Shown here: piece by piece, positions 26,949 to 39,103 of the stretch
Position numbering within the stretch: the stretch's first letter is position 1
Layout: every line of letters starts with the position of its first letter
NCBI RefSeq assembly: GCF_006345805.1
Contig: NC_043006.1
Coordinates: forward strand, 37,572,001 to 37,636,000
Reading direction: 5' to 3'
Source of the DNA: Octopus sinensis
Taxonomy: Eukaryota
DNA length: 64,000 bases
The notes under the pieces: model-generated
Seen by the model: the letters and a program-made list of their open reading frames with translations, nothing else
What the model was told of the DNA's origin: nothing
Databases searched by the model: none
Made by a program: the position numbers and the translations under genes

Positions 26949-27200
26949 AAGAGAAAGAGAGAGAGAGAAAGAGAGAGAGAGAGAAAGAGAGCGAGAGAGA
27001 GAGAGAAAAAAAGAGAGAGAGATGTATTTGCATATGCATATATATTTATATACCTACATACATAGGAAGGTAGATAGGACGGGCTTCCGTCGACCAGATT
27101 CACTCGCAAGGCATTGGTCGACCAGGGGCTCCAATAGAAGATACATGCTCAAGGTACTATGCTCTAGGACTAAACACATAGGATTGATTGTTGTCAGAAA
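26755..27200 (-). mobile_element. S2 SINE remnant with (GA)n tract
   Basis: S2 tail at ~26765-26850, (GA)n, S2 core remnant at ~27075-27180. Confidence 0.65.
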
Positions 27201-27456
27201 ATGAGAGAAACAAAACTCAAGACAAGGAATATAAATCACAGAAGATATTTTTATTGGTTGAACAGCCGCAGTTGCGACCCAAGGGCCTGGACTTCCGTCT
27301 CAGATTATATAAATCCATTGGTTGAAAGTCTAGCCCTTGAGTCACTACTATAGCTCGTAATCCAGAATGGTCATGTGTGTTAGTATAATACAGCGTATTC
27401 GTTTGAAAGCCTGGTGCAATTTGGTAAAGTGTTTGCTGCAGCTGGTTTGAATGTTT

Positions 27457-27604
27457 TCATAATTCTAAGACAAGTCGCTTTATACCCCAGGGGTGCAAAT
27501 TCTTTAAATATTTCCATATAAATGCAAATGCCACTACCATCATTATTGCTGCTACGACTGCAGCTTTGGCCGCAAATACTTTTATTGTTGTCATAATCGT
27601 TGCT
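27457..27604 (-). CDS. candidate terminal coding exon of an unknown membrane protein (unconfirmed)
   Basis: tctcccaag|A acceptor, ATIMTTIKVFAAKAAVVAAIMMVVAFAFIWKYLKNLHPWGIKRLVLEL*, AATAAA ~200 nt downstream; no homology recognised. Confidence 0.3.
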
Positions 27605-27700
27605 CTTGGGAGAATTTGCCGAAATAGGAAAAAATGAACTGCTTAGTCGGTTGTTCATTTTAACGTGAAACACATGGGTACGTTAATAATTTTGTTTAGC

Positions 27701-28320
27701 AAAGCGGCGAGCTGGCAGACACGTTAGCACGCCGGGCGAAATGCTTAGCCGTTTTTCGTCTGCCGTTACGTTCTGAGTTCAAATTCTGCCGAGGTCGACT
27801 TTGCCTTTCATCTTTTCGGGGTCGATAAATTAAGTACCAGTTATGCACTGGAGTCGATGTAATCTACTTAATCCGTTTGTCTGTCCTTGTTTATCTCCTC
27901 TGTGTTTAGCTCCTTGTGGGTAGTAAAGAAATTGATATTTCGTCTTTCTTTACGTTCTGAGTTCAAATTCCGCCGAGGTCGACTTTGCCTTTCATCCTTT
28001 CGGGGTCGATTAAATAAGTACCAGTTACGCACTGGGGTAGATATAATCGACTTAATCCGCTTGTCTGTCCTTGTTTGTCCCCTCTGTGTGTAGCCCCCTG
28101 TGGGCAGTAAAGAAATGAGAAAACGTTAGCACGCCGCGCGAAATGTTTAGCGGTATTTCGTCTGTCTTTACGTTCTGAGTTCAAATTCCGTCGAGGTCGA
28201 CTTTGCCTTTCATCCTTTCGGAGTCGATAAATTAAGTACCAGTTGCGTACTGGTGTTGATCTAATCGACTGACCCCTTCCCCCAAAATTTCGGGCCTTGT
28301 GCCTAGAGTAGAAAAGATTA
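27701..28320 (+). mobile_element. S1 SINE trimer
   Basis: Head plus three core units and tail. Confidence 0.88.
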
Positions 28321-28399
28321 ATTTTGTTTAGCCACTGGTCATTGCTAATCAAAAGGGGTTAGGATGAAAACCGTTTCGGCCAATTATTGCTATTAACTT

Positions 28400-28900
28400 T
28401 TTTTTTGTCAGTCATTGGACTGTGGCTATGCTAGAGCACCGCCTTGAAGTGTTTTCACTCGAACAAATCGACCCCAAGTCTTATTCTTTTAAAGCTTGGT
28501 ACTTATTCTTAAGTTACGGTTGTCAAGCAGTGGTGGAGGACAAGCACAAACATACACACTCACATCCATACACAACGAGCTTCTTAAAGTGTCTGTCTAC
28601 CAAATCTCACAAGGTTTGGGTCGGGTCGAGGATGTAGTAGAAAACATTTGTCCAAGGCCCACGGTGCCACGCAGTGAGACTGAAGCCAGGACCATGTGGT
28701 TAGGAAGCAAGCTTCTCACCACACTGTCACGCCTAACGGGCTTCCACTCAGTTTCCTTCACTATATTCACTCACAACGCTTTAGTCTGCCCGCAACTATA
28801 GTAGAAGACATTTGCCCAAGATGCCGCTCAGTGGGACTGAACCAGAAACCACATGGCATCAAGACAAGTTGCTTGATCACACAGCCATATCTGCACCTAT
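28400..28900 (-). mobile_element. composite of diverged S2 SINE pieces
   Basis: One S2 tail plus two core segments. Confidence 0.65.
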
Positions 28901-29116
28901 ATTTCACTCTCTCATTTTATCTCATTTTCATTTACTTCGCTTTTTTTTCTTTCTTTTCTTCTTTATTTTTTTTTCAGAATTTGAATACCACGTGTATTTC
29001 CTTTTTATTTCAAGACAGTAGAGTGTAAGATAAACGGAAGGAGATTTGGTTGCTATTTCTAGCAGACTAAGTGACGGTATAGAAATTCTTTCATTGACTC
29101 GCAATACAGGGGCGCA

Positions 29117-29545
29117 TTTAAGGCGACGAGCTGGCAGAAACGTTAGCACGACGGGTAAAATATTTAGCGGCATTTCGTCTGCCGTTACGTTCTGAGTTCA
29201 AATTCCGCCGAGGTCGACTTTGCCTTTCATCTTTTCGGGGTAGATAAATTAAGTACCAGTTATGCACTGGGGTCGATGTAATCGACTTAACCCCTTTGTC
29301 TGTCGTTGTTTGTCCCCTCTATGTTTAGCTCCTTGCAGGCAATAAAGAAATATGAAACGTTAGCAGGCCGGGCGAAATGTTTAGCGGTATTTCGTTTGTC
29401 GTTACGTTCTGAATTCAAATTCCGCCGAAGTCGACTTTGCCTTTCATCCTTTCGGGGTCAATAAGTTAAGTACCAGTTTCGTACTGAGGTCGATCTAATC
29501 GACTGGCTCCCTCCCCAAAAATTTGTGCCTAGAATAGAAAAGAAT
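29117..29545 (+). mobile_element. S1 SINE dimer
   Basis: Head plus two core units. Confidence 0.88.
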
Positions 29546-29939
29546 ACAAGGACGTATTTCTATGGCCTCTGATAAATTATTCACTAAGAAAGCTATTTGT
29601 CTATCAATCTTTCTTCAGACAAGTAAACACGTAAGCACACACACACATCTCTTGCCTTCCCTTCCCACCCATTGCGTCATGTTTCACTCATTGCCTCCCT
29701 CCATCTCTCACATTCTCTTTCTTTTTCTCCTTCAAAGTATGTCTCTATCTCTAGCTCTTCCCAAACCATTCTCCCTCTCCCTCTCTCTTTTTCATTTTCT
29801 TTCGTTTGCTCTCTTTCCTAACCGCATTTGTTCCTCCTGATTTGTAAATATTTATGCCAGCTAATATATAGGTACATGTGTGTGTGTGTGGTGTGTGGTG
29901 TGTGTGTGTGCGCGCGTATAACCTATACATAAAATTCTT

Positions 29940-30130
29940 TTATCGTTTAATTTGTTTCAGTCATTAGACTGCAGCCATGCTGGAACACCGCTTTGAAGAA
30001 TTTCTTTTAGTGGAATAAAACGACCCCATCACTTACTCTGTCAGCCTCTTTTACTGAACCCTAAGTTACGGGGACGTAATCACACGAACACCGGTTGTCA
30101 AGCGGTGATGGGATACAAATACACGCATAC
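29940..30130 (-). mobile_element. S2 SINE 3' half
   Basis: S2 tail; ends at its microsatellite, where the mariner below begins. Confidence 0.7.
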
Positions 30131-30143
30131 ACACATATATATA

Positions 30144-31064
30144 TTGGGCCAACTCGTAAATAATGCGATTTTTTATACTTCTTTTCTTTTTGAAAATTAA
30201 GATAAACCAAGTTCTTTTTTAATCTAAAATTTATTCTCCTTCATTTTCTACAATGCTCTTCCATCTCACTGGTAGACTTGCAAGGCCGCTCTTCCAAAAT
30301 TCACTTGTCCATGACAAAAAATGCTCTTCCAGTACTGTTCTGACCTCGTCTACAGAATTCATATTTTTCCGTCCAAATGATTTTAAAGACTGCGGAATAA
30401 ATGATAATTAGATGGGGCAATGTCCGGTGAATATGATGAGTGGGGCATCGTTTTCCATTCAAACTGCTCCAGCCTTTGGAATGTCATCTTCGTTATATGT
30501 TGCCGAGCATTATTCTGATGGAAGAACACTTATCATCTTGAAACCAAAGATGGTCGTTTTTCTTCTAGCGCTGGTGTCGATGAACGGTTGAATGACCAAC
30601 TCCAAGCTTCTCTGCTAATTCCCTAACAGTTACGATGGGATTTTGTTCCACCAGGGTTTGCAGGACGTCCTCGACGAGCTCTACAGATTTTCCAGGACGA
30701 GGCTCATCTTCTAGGCTGTAGTTTCCGGTTCGGAATTTCTGGAACCACCGTTGACACTGGCTTGCGCTTATTTCCGATCTCCATATACTGCATCAATATT
30801 CCTCGCACTTTCCATTGCGTTGTTGCTTTTATTGAACTCATAAAGAAAAATAGGACGAATATGCTTCTATGTCACTTGCATTATAGCTTTGAAAAAATAA
30901 CTGTTAAATTTGAGCTGCACTCTTCAAAACTTGCACTAAGAATAAAACAAGGTAAAATTACAACCTGCTCTTATAGCAAGTTGATGCAGGTAGTTTATCC
31001 TGTACCCCTCCGACATTTAGTTCATACAGCTGGAAAAAACCGCTTTATTTGCGGGATGACCCTA
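30144..31064 (-). pseudogene. decayed mariner transposon with both TIRs
   Basis: Minus strand LEQFEWKTMPHSSYSPDIAPSNYH and LPVRWKSIVENEGEY; imperfect TIRs TTGGGCCAACTCGTAAATAATGCG / CGCTTTATTTGCGGGATGACCCTA. Confidence 0.8.
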
Positions 31065-31389
31065 TATATATATAAAAATAAAAACCTTTGACTCTACATC
31101 ACTGTATATAAATTCTGTACTTGGAATGACTAATTATAAATACCGTTGGAGTCTACTCATATGGTATTGGAATCTTACATTGTGTATAAACTCTATACTT
31201 GGAATGAACAATTTTAAATACTGTTGGATTTTTCTCATAAGGTATTGGAATCTTATATGTATACCATTCTACCTAAAAAATGGATCTACAAATTCAATAT
31301 CCCTACATATCTCACATCTATTTTTTTTCCTCCACCTCAGTCTCTATTTTGTATCTTACCTAAATTACTTATTACTAAACCATCCTCTC

Positions 31390-31443
31390 ACACTTCGATG
31401 AAGGGATATAATTAATAGATATCCTAGAAACAGCTGTAAGACC
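31390..31443 (+). ncRNA. degenerate hammerhead relic (family D)
   Basis: TCGATGA-A-GGGATAT..ATATCCT-A-GAAA-CAGCTG-TA; C3/U4 altered, helix I only 2 bp. Confidence 0.35.
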
Positions 31444-31579
31444 TTCTATCTATAAATGTTCTAACATCTACACAGCCTTGGTTATTTATCTCATTACGCA
31501 AAAAATTCTTATATATATATATATATATAATATATATGGTATATATATGTATGTATGTATGTATGTATGCATGTATGTA

Positions 31580-31675
<96 letters not shown>

Positions 31676-32553
31676 GATAGATAGATAGATGCAGTACGGA
31701 ATTTTGTTAGTGAATAGGTCGCGATCTTAAAGCAACGAAAATATTTTGGCAAATTAAATTTAAATGTTGAAGTGAATCTAACGGTTTTTTTGTGTTTTAA
31801 ATAGCTCATAAACACCTTCCACGCTGCAACTGTTTTCGTTCCAGCATACGATCTTAGATCAGGTCACTTGCTATCTAAGTGTATATATACGCGTGGCTAA
31901 ATGGCTAAGGTGCAAAGCTCCCGATCACAAAATCGGGCCGGACAGTACGTAGGGTTCTTGAGAAAAACACTCCATTTCACTATTTCTCCAGTCCTCTTTG
32001 ATGATATCTGACGTGGTGCATCGCCCACTCGTACAGAAGATATATGTTCAGTGGAGGACGGGAGCTAATGTATAGCACACATATTATAAATAAATGATTA
32101 GTACAAATGGTTCCGCAAAGCGTTGCGGAACTTTCATTTATCATATGCGACAGGAACGTCCACCATTACTGAAGCGATTGGATGATAGCGCTCAGAGCCA
32201 CCTCCGCCCTTTACTTTTCATTTGCATATCAGAATGACCAAGCTGCTGGTGAAAATGACTTCGTCGTGGCATCAGCTTGTACGTTACGCCAGGGGCATGT
32301 AAAAGCATGGGAAATTAGAAGTGTGAAAAACTCTTAAGATAAGTGGCAAAAAGAAATAATTACAGAAAAAAAATATATAAGCAAAGTAAAATAAATAAAT
32401 AAATTAAAAACGGAGAAAGAGTGGAGAACAAAGAAGTAAGAAATAAATTTCAGAGATTGCGTAGGAATGTGAAAGAAGAAAGACAGAAACAGATTGACAA
32501 AGAGACAAAGTGATACAAGGAGCGAAGATATGTTTATGCACACAAACACGCAC

Positions 32554-32595
<42 letters not shown>

Positions 32596-33355
32596 TATAT
32601 AATATATATATATATATTATAATATATATATATATATAATATATTATATATATATATATATTATATATACTTTATATATATATATATATATCAGATATAG
32701 AGAGGAGATAGTGGGAAAGATGTTTAAGTGGTTAAGTTCATTGTAGTAAAGTTGTGATTTGCTGGAGGTATTTCAGCAAACTACAGAATGGAGCGGGGAA
32801 TAGGGCGATGGACAGGGCGCCATCAACAGTTTTTGACAGGCTGTAGGGATAATATTTTTAGCAAAAAGTGCCAAAATAGATTAAATTGTGTTAACTGAAA
32901 CCCTATAATGAGATATAGAATGAAAGTGAGATTGAATGAACGGAAGCGACTGGGCGGGTTATTTGTTAGTGATATTCAATAATACAAACGGTGCCGAAAT
33001 AACCTAGTTATAAGTAACATATGCTGTGGGTCTCATATTTTTAAGACCACTGCACTAAATGCTTTGTTTCTATGATATATATAATAGCAAACTTTCTTGG
33101 TGCCATAAGCATGGGAAATGTTTATAGAATTGGTTTGCTTCTTACAAGATGTTTGCCTGAACACGACTGATGATGACTAATCAGAGAAATTTATTAATCT
33201 TCATGAAACGTTGTTTTATTTCAATCCTTAGTTATTTCAAAGATATGCAAACTTAAATCATAAGATAGATAATCCAGCCACCAACCATCACTTCCTTAAA
33301 ATGACTAACCATGAGCCAAAAGATGAAACAAGTATTATTATTTTTATTATTATTA

Positions 33356-33397
<42 letters not shown>

Positions 33398-33402
33398 CAT
33401 CT

Positions 33403-34022
33403 AAGGCGGCGAGCTGGCAGAGACGTTTGCGCGCCGGGCGAAATGCTTAGCCGTTTTTCGTCTGCCGTTACGTTCTGAGTTCAAATTCCGCCGAGGTCAA
33501 CTTTGCCTTTCATCCTTTCGAGGTCGATTAAATAAGTACCAGTTACGCACTGGGGTCGATATAAGCGACTTAATCCGTTTGTCTGTCCTTGTTTGTCACC
33601 TCTGTGTGTAGCCCCTTGTGGGCAGTAAAGAAATAGGTATTTCGTCTGTCTTTATGTTCTGAGTTCAAATTCCGCCGAGGTCGACTTTGCCTTTCATCCT
33701 TTCGGAGTCGATAAATTAAGTACCAGTTGCGTACTGGAGTCGATCTAATCGACTGGCCCCCTCCCCCAAAATATTTCGGGCCTTGTGCCTAGAGTAGAAA
33801 AGATTATTATCTGGCATATGGCAAAACTGACAGAATAGTTAGCACGCCGGACAAAACGCTTCGCTTCTTTACGTCCTGAGTTCAAATTCCATTGAGGTTG
33901 ACTTTGCCTTTCATTTTTTTCGGGGTCAATGAAATAAGTACCATTTCTACACTGGGATTCATGTAGTCGACTAGCCCTCTCCCCAAAAATTCTAGATCTC
34001 GTGCCAAGTGTAGAAAGACTAT
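33403..34022 (+). mobile_element. S1 SINE dimer followed by a diverged S1 copy
   Basis: Follows (TTA)n; three core units. Confidence 0.85.
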
Positions 34023-34436
34023 TATGATATGGTATATACAGGTGGCACAGATGGAAACTCGCTGTGCAGAAATTAATTTCGTTTATTAATGGACGAATTC
34101 AAATCCTGCCAGCCACCCAGCTCCGATATTGCATTTCATTATCATAGGTCTGTAAGGAATATTTACTAAATTCAATTCAATACACAACAGCTACAAATCA
34201 TTATGCAGTAGAAATGTATACAGAATCTAGGGGTCACCAACTCACCGGGTTAGATTAAAAATAAGTATCGCAGGAAGCAGAAGCGATGCCGACTGCAATA
34301 GAAGTTTTCTCTTAGCTTTTAAAGTTTTCTCTACAAATTTTCGATAGAAATTAGAGCCAACGTTTAAAGTCACGATATTTTGTATACGAATAGGTTTATG
34401 TAAGCAATACGATCAAGGATAGGTAATGAATGTAGT

Positions 34437-34624
34437 CTTTTATTCTTTTATTTGTTTCAGTCATTTGGCTATGGCCATGCTGTAGCACCGCCTCTAGTCG
34501 AACGACTCATTCTTTGTAAGCTTAGTACTTGTTCTATCGGTTATTTTGGCCGAACCGCTGAGTTACGTGGACGTAAACACACCAGCATCGGATGTCAAGC
34601 GATGATTCTGGGGACAGGTACAGA

Positions 34625-34681
<57 letters not shown>

Positions 34682-34691
34682 ACACACACAC

Positions 34692-34729
<38 letters not shown>

Positions 34730-34940
34730 TATATATATGATATATATGTATGTATACTATATATATATATATATACATATAAACGACGGCCGTCTTTCAG
34801 CTTCCGTCTGCTAAATTCACTCACAAGGCTTTGGTCGGCTCGAGGCTATAGTAGAAAACGCTTGCCCAAGGTGCCACGCAGTGGGACTGAACCCTGAACA
34901 ATGTGGTTCGTAAGGAAGTTATTTACCCACACAGCCACTC
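34437..34940 (-). mobile_element. S2 SINE
   Basis: Head, core, CA/TA microsatellite, tail. Confidence 0.85.
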
Positions 34941-35456
34941 AGGTAATGAATGTATATGCATATTTCAGAAGTTGTTACTCCTTCCTCAGCATTACATCCA
35001 ACTTCTTAACCATCCGCCACTAAATTTAGCGGTTCACTCTGTTGGATTTATCAGTTTTACATAATAAACACATTCCTGAGAACTGGTTCGTACATATTAA
35101 TTACTGCTACATACACGAAGAACGATGTCCTTATCAGTAATTAATATGTTCTCCCTTAATATGTGGGATTGCTTTCAACTTTCAGGAGTTAAATATTGAC
35201 CCAATACTTAGAATACCTCCGAGGTATGAAACACTATAACTACAGTGCTGGTAAGCTGTTACTTCCGTTTTTTATAACAGTAACATTACACACCCTTCAA
35301 ATATGGACGTGTTTAAGGTTTATACAATATACAGAAGACATCCGTAATCTATTACAGAATAAATTAAACAAATACAAATCAAATTGAACGGCAAGAGTAA
35401 AGAGGCAGATCTTACCTCATTTTTGTAGTAAAGGACGGGTGCGTTTGCTAGTTAGC

Positions 35457-35530
<74 letters not shown>

Positions 35531-35593
35531 GACAGTCTTCTTTCAGTTTCTGTCTACGCTTGCCCAACGTGCCACGCAGTGGGACTGAACAGA

Positions 35594-35698
<105 letters not shown>

Positions 35699-35701
35699 GA
35701 C

Positions 35702-36040
35702 AGTGGAGGCGCATGGCTCAGTGGTTAGAGCGTCGAGCTTACGATCGTGAGGTTGTGAGCTCGAATCCCGGACCGGGCTGCGTGTTGTGTTCTCGAGCAA
35801 GACACTTTATTTCACGTTGCTCCAGTTCACTCAGCTGTAGAAATGAGTTGCGACGTCACTGGTGCCAAGCTGTATCGACCTTTGTCTTTCCCTTGGATAA
35901 CACTGGTGGCGTGGAGAAGGGAGGCCGGTATGCATGGGCGACTGCTGGTCTTCCATAAAAACAACTTTGCCCAGACTTGTGCCTCAGAGGGTAACTCTCT
36001 AGGTGCAAACCCATAGTCACTCATGACCGAAGGGGGTCTT
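35702..36040 (+). mobile_element. full-length tRNA-derived SINE, family S3
   Basis: A box TGGCTCAGTGG, B box GCTCGAATCC, core GTGTTCTCGAGCAAGACACTTTATTTCACGTTGCTCCAGTTCACTCAGCTG. Confidence 0.85.
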
Positions 36041-36699
36041 TTAACATATAGACGACGGCCGTCTTTCAGCTTCCGTCTGCTGTACTTTTTATCGATTCCG
36101 AAGGGATGAAAGGCAAAATTGTCCCCTAGTAATAATACTGTCTATTATAGGTGTAAGACCTGAAATTTGGAGGAAAGCACTTCACTTGTACTTTATTTTA
36201 TCGTAATTATTTCATTGAACCCCGAGGGATCGAAGGCAAAGTCAACCTCGACGGAACATAACAACAATCATTATTATTATTATTGCTATTATTACTGCTA
36301 CTATTATCTAACTCCAGTACTGGACTAGTACTTTAACAACCGCAACAAGAATAAAGACAAAGTTGACCAAGCTGGGATTGGAACTGAGGGCACATAGAAC
36401 CGGAACAAATACGAAAAAGAAGAAAAAAGGGCATTGTATTCTACGCTTCTAACGATTCCTCCAACTCGCCAATTAGTAACCTACTTATAATTAGGTGGAG
36501 TGGGCACTTGAAAACTAAGTGGTTTGGCCGTAGTAGACACAACAACATGTCACGTATGACAGGAAAGGAAACACCAGTCTTTTTCATATGATTATATAAA
36601 ACTCCCATTCACTTTAGTCACATGCAACTCTCCGATCACAATGGTTGTCATGTTGCAACTTATAGAAATGCTACAGGAGATATGACTTGGCGTAGATGT

Positions 36700-36849
36700 G
36701 TGGTAACATGTTTGCTTCTCAACCACATGATTCCTGGTTCAGTCCCACTACGTGGCACCTTGGATGAGTGTCTTCTACACAAGGCTTTGGTCGGGCCGAC
36801 CGAAGCCTTGTTATTGGATTTGGTAGACAGAAACTGAAAGAAGACTGTC

Positions 36850-36850
<1 letters not shown>
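36700..36850 (+). mobile_element. S2 SINE 5' half
   Basis: Head and core; its internal (TA)n is where the PLE below starts. Confidence 0.8.
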
Positions 36851-36887
<37 letters not shown>

Positions 36888-37060
36888 TAATATATATATA
36901 TATATATATACAAAAAGCAATAAAGATTCAAGTTAATTTAAATGAATTTACTTGAATATGGTACCTAACTTAGATGCACCAAAAAAAACGTATACTGTTT
37001 TAACAATACAGTAATGTGGGGTGATTATAAGCGAGAAAGAAGCAGCAAGAATGGATAGGT

Positions 37061-37151
37061 TTTTAGTACAATCGTTTCATACAAGGACAGGCTTTATTAA
37101 AAGTTGCAAAAATTACAGCATATAAACGTGTCCCGTACTCATCAGCTAAAA
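37061..37151 (-). ncRNA. type I hammerhead ribozyme motif, family A
   Basis: Minus strand TTTTAG-CTGATGA-GTAC..GTAT-GAAA-C-GATT-G-TA-CTAAAA. Confidence 0.7.
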
Positions 37152-37256
37152 TACATGTGAGTTCTCTAGACATCCTAGTGGTTGAGGCTATACTCATGAA
37201 GTAATGTAGATAATTAAGTAACATAAACAGATTTCTCGTCTTTTAAATTACGTCAT

Positions 37257-37509
37257 AAAGCTGGTACCACCACACTTTCAAACAAAATCTGGGAACTCAA
37301 AAATAATAATAATAATTATAACCTTAATTGGGAAATAGTTAGGAGAGCAATTCCGTATAAAAATAGTAGGGTTGGTTGCCAACTATGCTCCATGGAGACG
37401 TATGAAATTCTAAAGCATAGAAAACATAGAAACTTATTGAATAACCATATCGAACTAGGTCAAGTTTGTGTCCACGCTAAATTGAAGACTTTAAAATATT
37501 TTAAATGAT
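37257..37509 (+). pseudogene. PLE GIY-YIG endonuclease C-terminal fragment
   Basis: TTLSNKIWELKNNNNNYNLNWEIVRRAIPYKNSRVGCQLCSMETYEILKHRKHRNLLNNHIELGQVCVHAKLKTLKYFK*; same motif order as 53502-53861; absent from the ORF track (no qualifying start). Confidence 0.85.
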
Positions 37510-38955
37510 TAGAATATTCGTAACTAGATAGATAGATAGATAGATATAACTTGATTTTTACTAGTATAGCACTGCTTTAAGTAGATAACTAAGAGTTCTC
37601 ACACTACAGTTATCTTTTTCCTTATATCTGCATCAGTTTTTTGAGAACAGGGAAATGAATAGTACTTATACGCTGCTTAATTGAGGCTTTATTTAATTTC
37701 AAACTCATAATTTTAAATCTTAATTTTAAATCTTAATTGTAATTTTTAATTTTAATTCTTAACTTAATCTAATTTAAGTAGCATAACTTTAATAAAATAA
37801 AATGAGTTACTAAAGCCCCATAATTCTATTTCAAAATTAAATAAATAAGGCTACTCCCTCGGTGATAATATGATTATCTTCATTATGATAGACAATTCCC
37901 TAACACCTTGTAAATGATCTTCTAAGATTTGACCTGTAGTCCGTCAATGTATGAATAATAACGGCAACTCCTTAAGACAATAAAATGAATAAATTAAATA
38001 AATAAATTTTAATGACTTTTGGATAAGATTATACTTAGATTTTCCTAATGTATTTTCTGTTGATTTTAGCCTCTGACCCTAAACCCCTGACTGTGTTATC
38101 TCTTTAGATTCTCTTTAAATTCATAGCTGATTTCAACAGCAATAAATTAGCTGTTTTACTGGTCAAAGAATAATATTCTCTCTAGTTCCTAGATGCCTGT
38201 AAATTAAAACCAGACTTGCCGTCTACTAATTCTTCTGTATAACTAGAACCCTCTTTTTTCTTTTTCTTTTTTTTCCCTTCTTTCCCTATTCTTTCTCTTT
38301 CTCTTTTTTCTTTTTCTTCTTCTTATTCTCTTTTTCCTTTTCTCTTCTCTTTTAGTCCCCCCCCCTTTTTGCTCCCTCCTCCTTTATTTTCTCTCTTTTT
38401 TCTTCCTTCCCTTCTGTTCTTTGCCTCTCTAGAAAGCCCTTCAGCCTTTAAAAGTTAAATAGCTACAGCTCTTGTAAATAGCAGTAATGTGATTAATTGG
38501 CAAATACCTAATCATATAACAAGAATTGATACCTACCTCATTGTGTTCAACCACTGATAAATTTATCGCCTGTGAATATGAAATTCCTCTTCATTTCTCT
38601 GGAAATTTACATCTACACCATTGGAAATTGTGCATCTATACAAAGGATTAATTCACCCTCTCTGTAATGCTAATAAGCAGGAATTGAGACCCACCTCGTT
38701 GTGATTAACAATGGATAAATTTGTCGTCTGTGAGTATGTAATCCCTCCTCATATCTCTGGAAATTCATATGTGCACTATGGATTAGGTCACCTTCTCTGT
38801 GATGCTATTAAAACTTTTTAAAATTCTGTGATAAGACTGTACATCATCTTTAAAGAACTTTAATGAACTTTGGAAATCTGTTTATGTTACTAATTATCTA
38901 CATTACTTCATGAGTATAGCCTCAACCACTAGGATGTCTAGAGAACTCACATGTA

Positions 38956-39046
38956 TTTTAGCTGATGAGTACGGGTCACGTTTATATGCTGTAATTTTTG
39001 CAACTTTTAATAAAGCCTGTCCTTGTATGAAACGATTGTACTAAAA
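38956..39046 (+). ncRNA. type I hammerhead ribozyme motif, family A
   Basis: TTTTAG-CTGATGA-GTAC..GTAT-GAAA-C-GATT-G-TA-CTAAAA; predicted cut after 39040. Confidence 0.72.
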
Positions 39047-39103
39047 ACCTATCCATTCTCGTGCTTCTTTCTCGCGTATATATATATATATATATATATG
39101 CTA

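Larger units (their letters stand above)
36911..39076 (+). mobile_element. 5'-truncated Penelope-like element with inverted 5' pseudo-LTR
   Basis: Inverted arm ~36911-37235 versus ~38874-39076; GIY-YIG C-terminus at ~37257-37509; hammerhead in each arm; (TA)n on both sides. Confidence 0.85.

Noticed and set aside
28978-29030. Strong polypyrimidine-AG site
   Set aside because: T-rich low complexity is common here, and the downstream frames are short and uninformative
32233-32335. Possible plus-strand exon (NDQAAGENDFVVAS..)
   Set aside because: Acceptor-like tract only; the peptide is unrecognised and lies next to decayed SINE sequence
33165-33220. CTGATGA ... GAAACGTT hammerhead-like spacing
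   Set aside because: No helix I and no helix II closing pair
35702-35780. tRNA gene
   Set aside because: A and B boxes are present but no acceptor stem closes, and it runs straight into the SINE body
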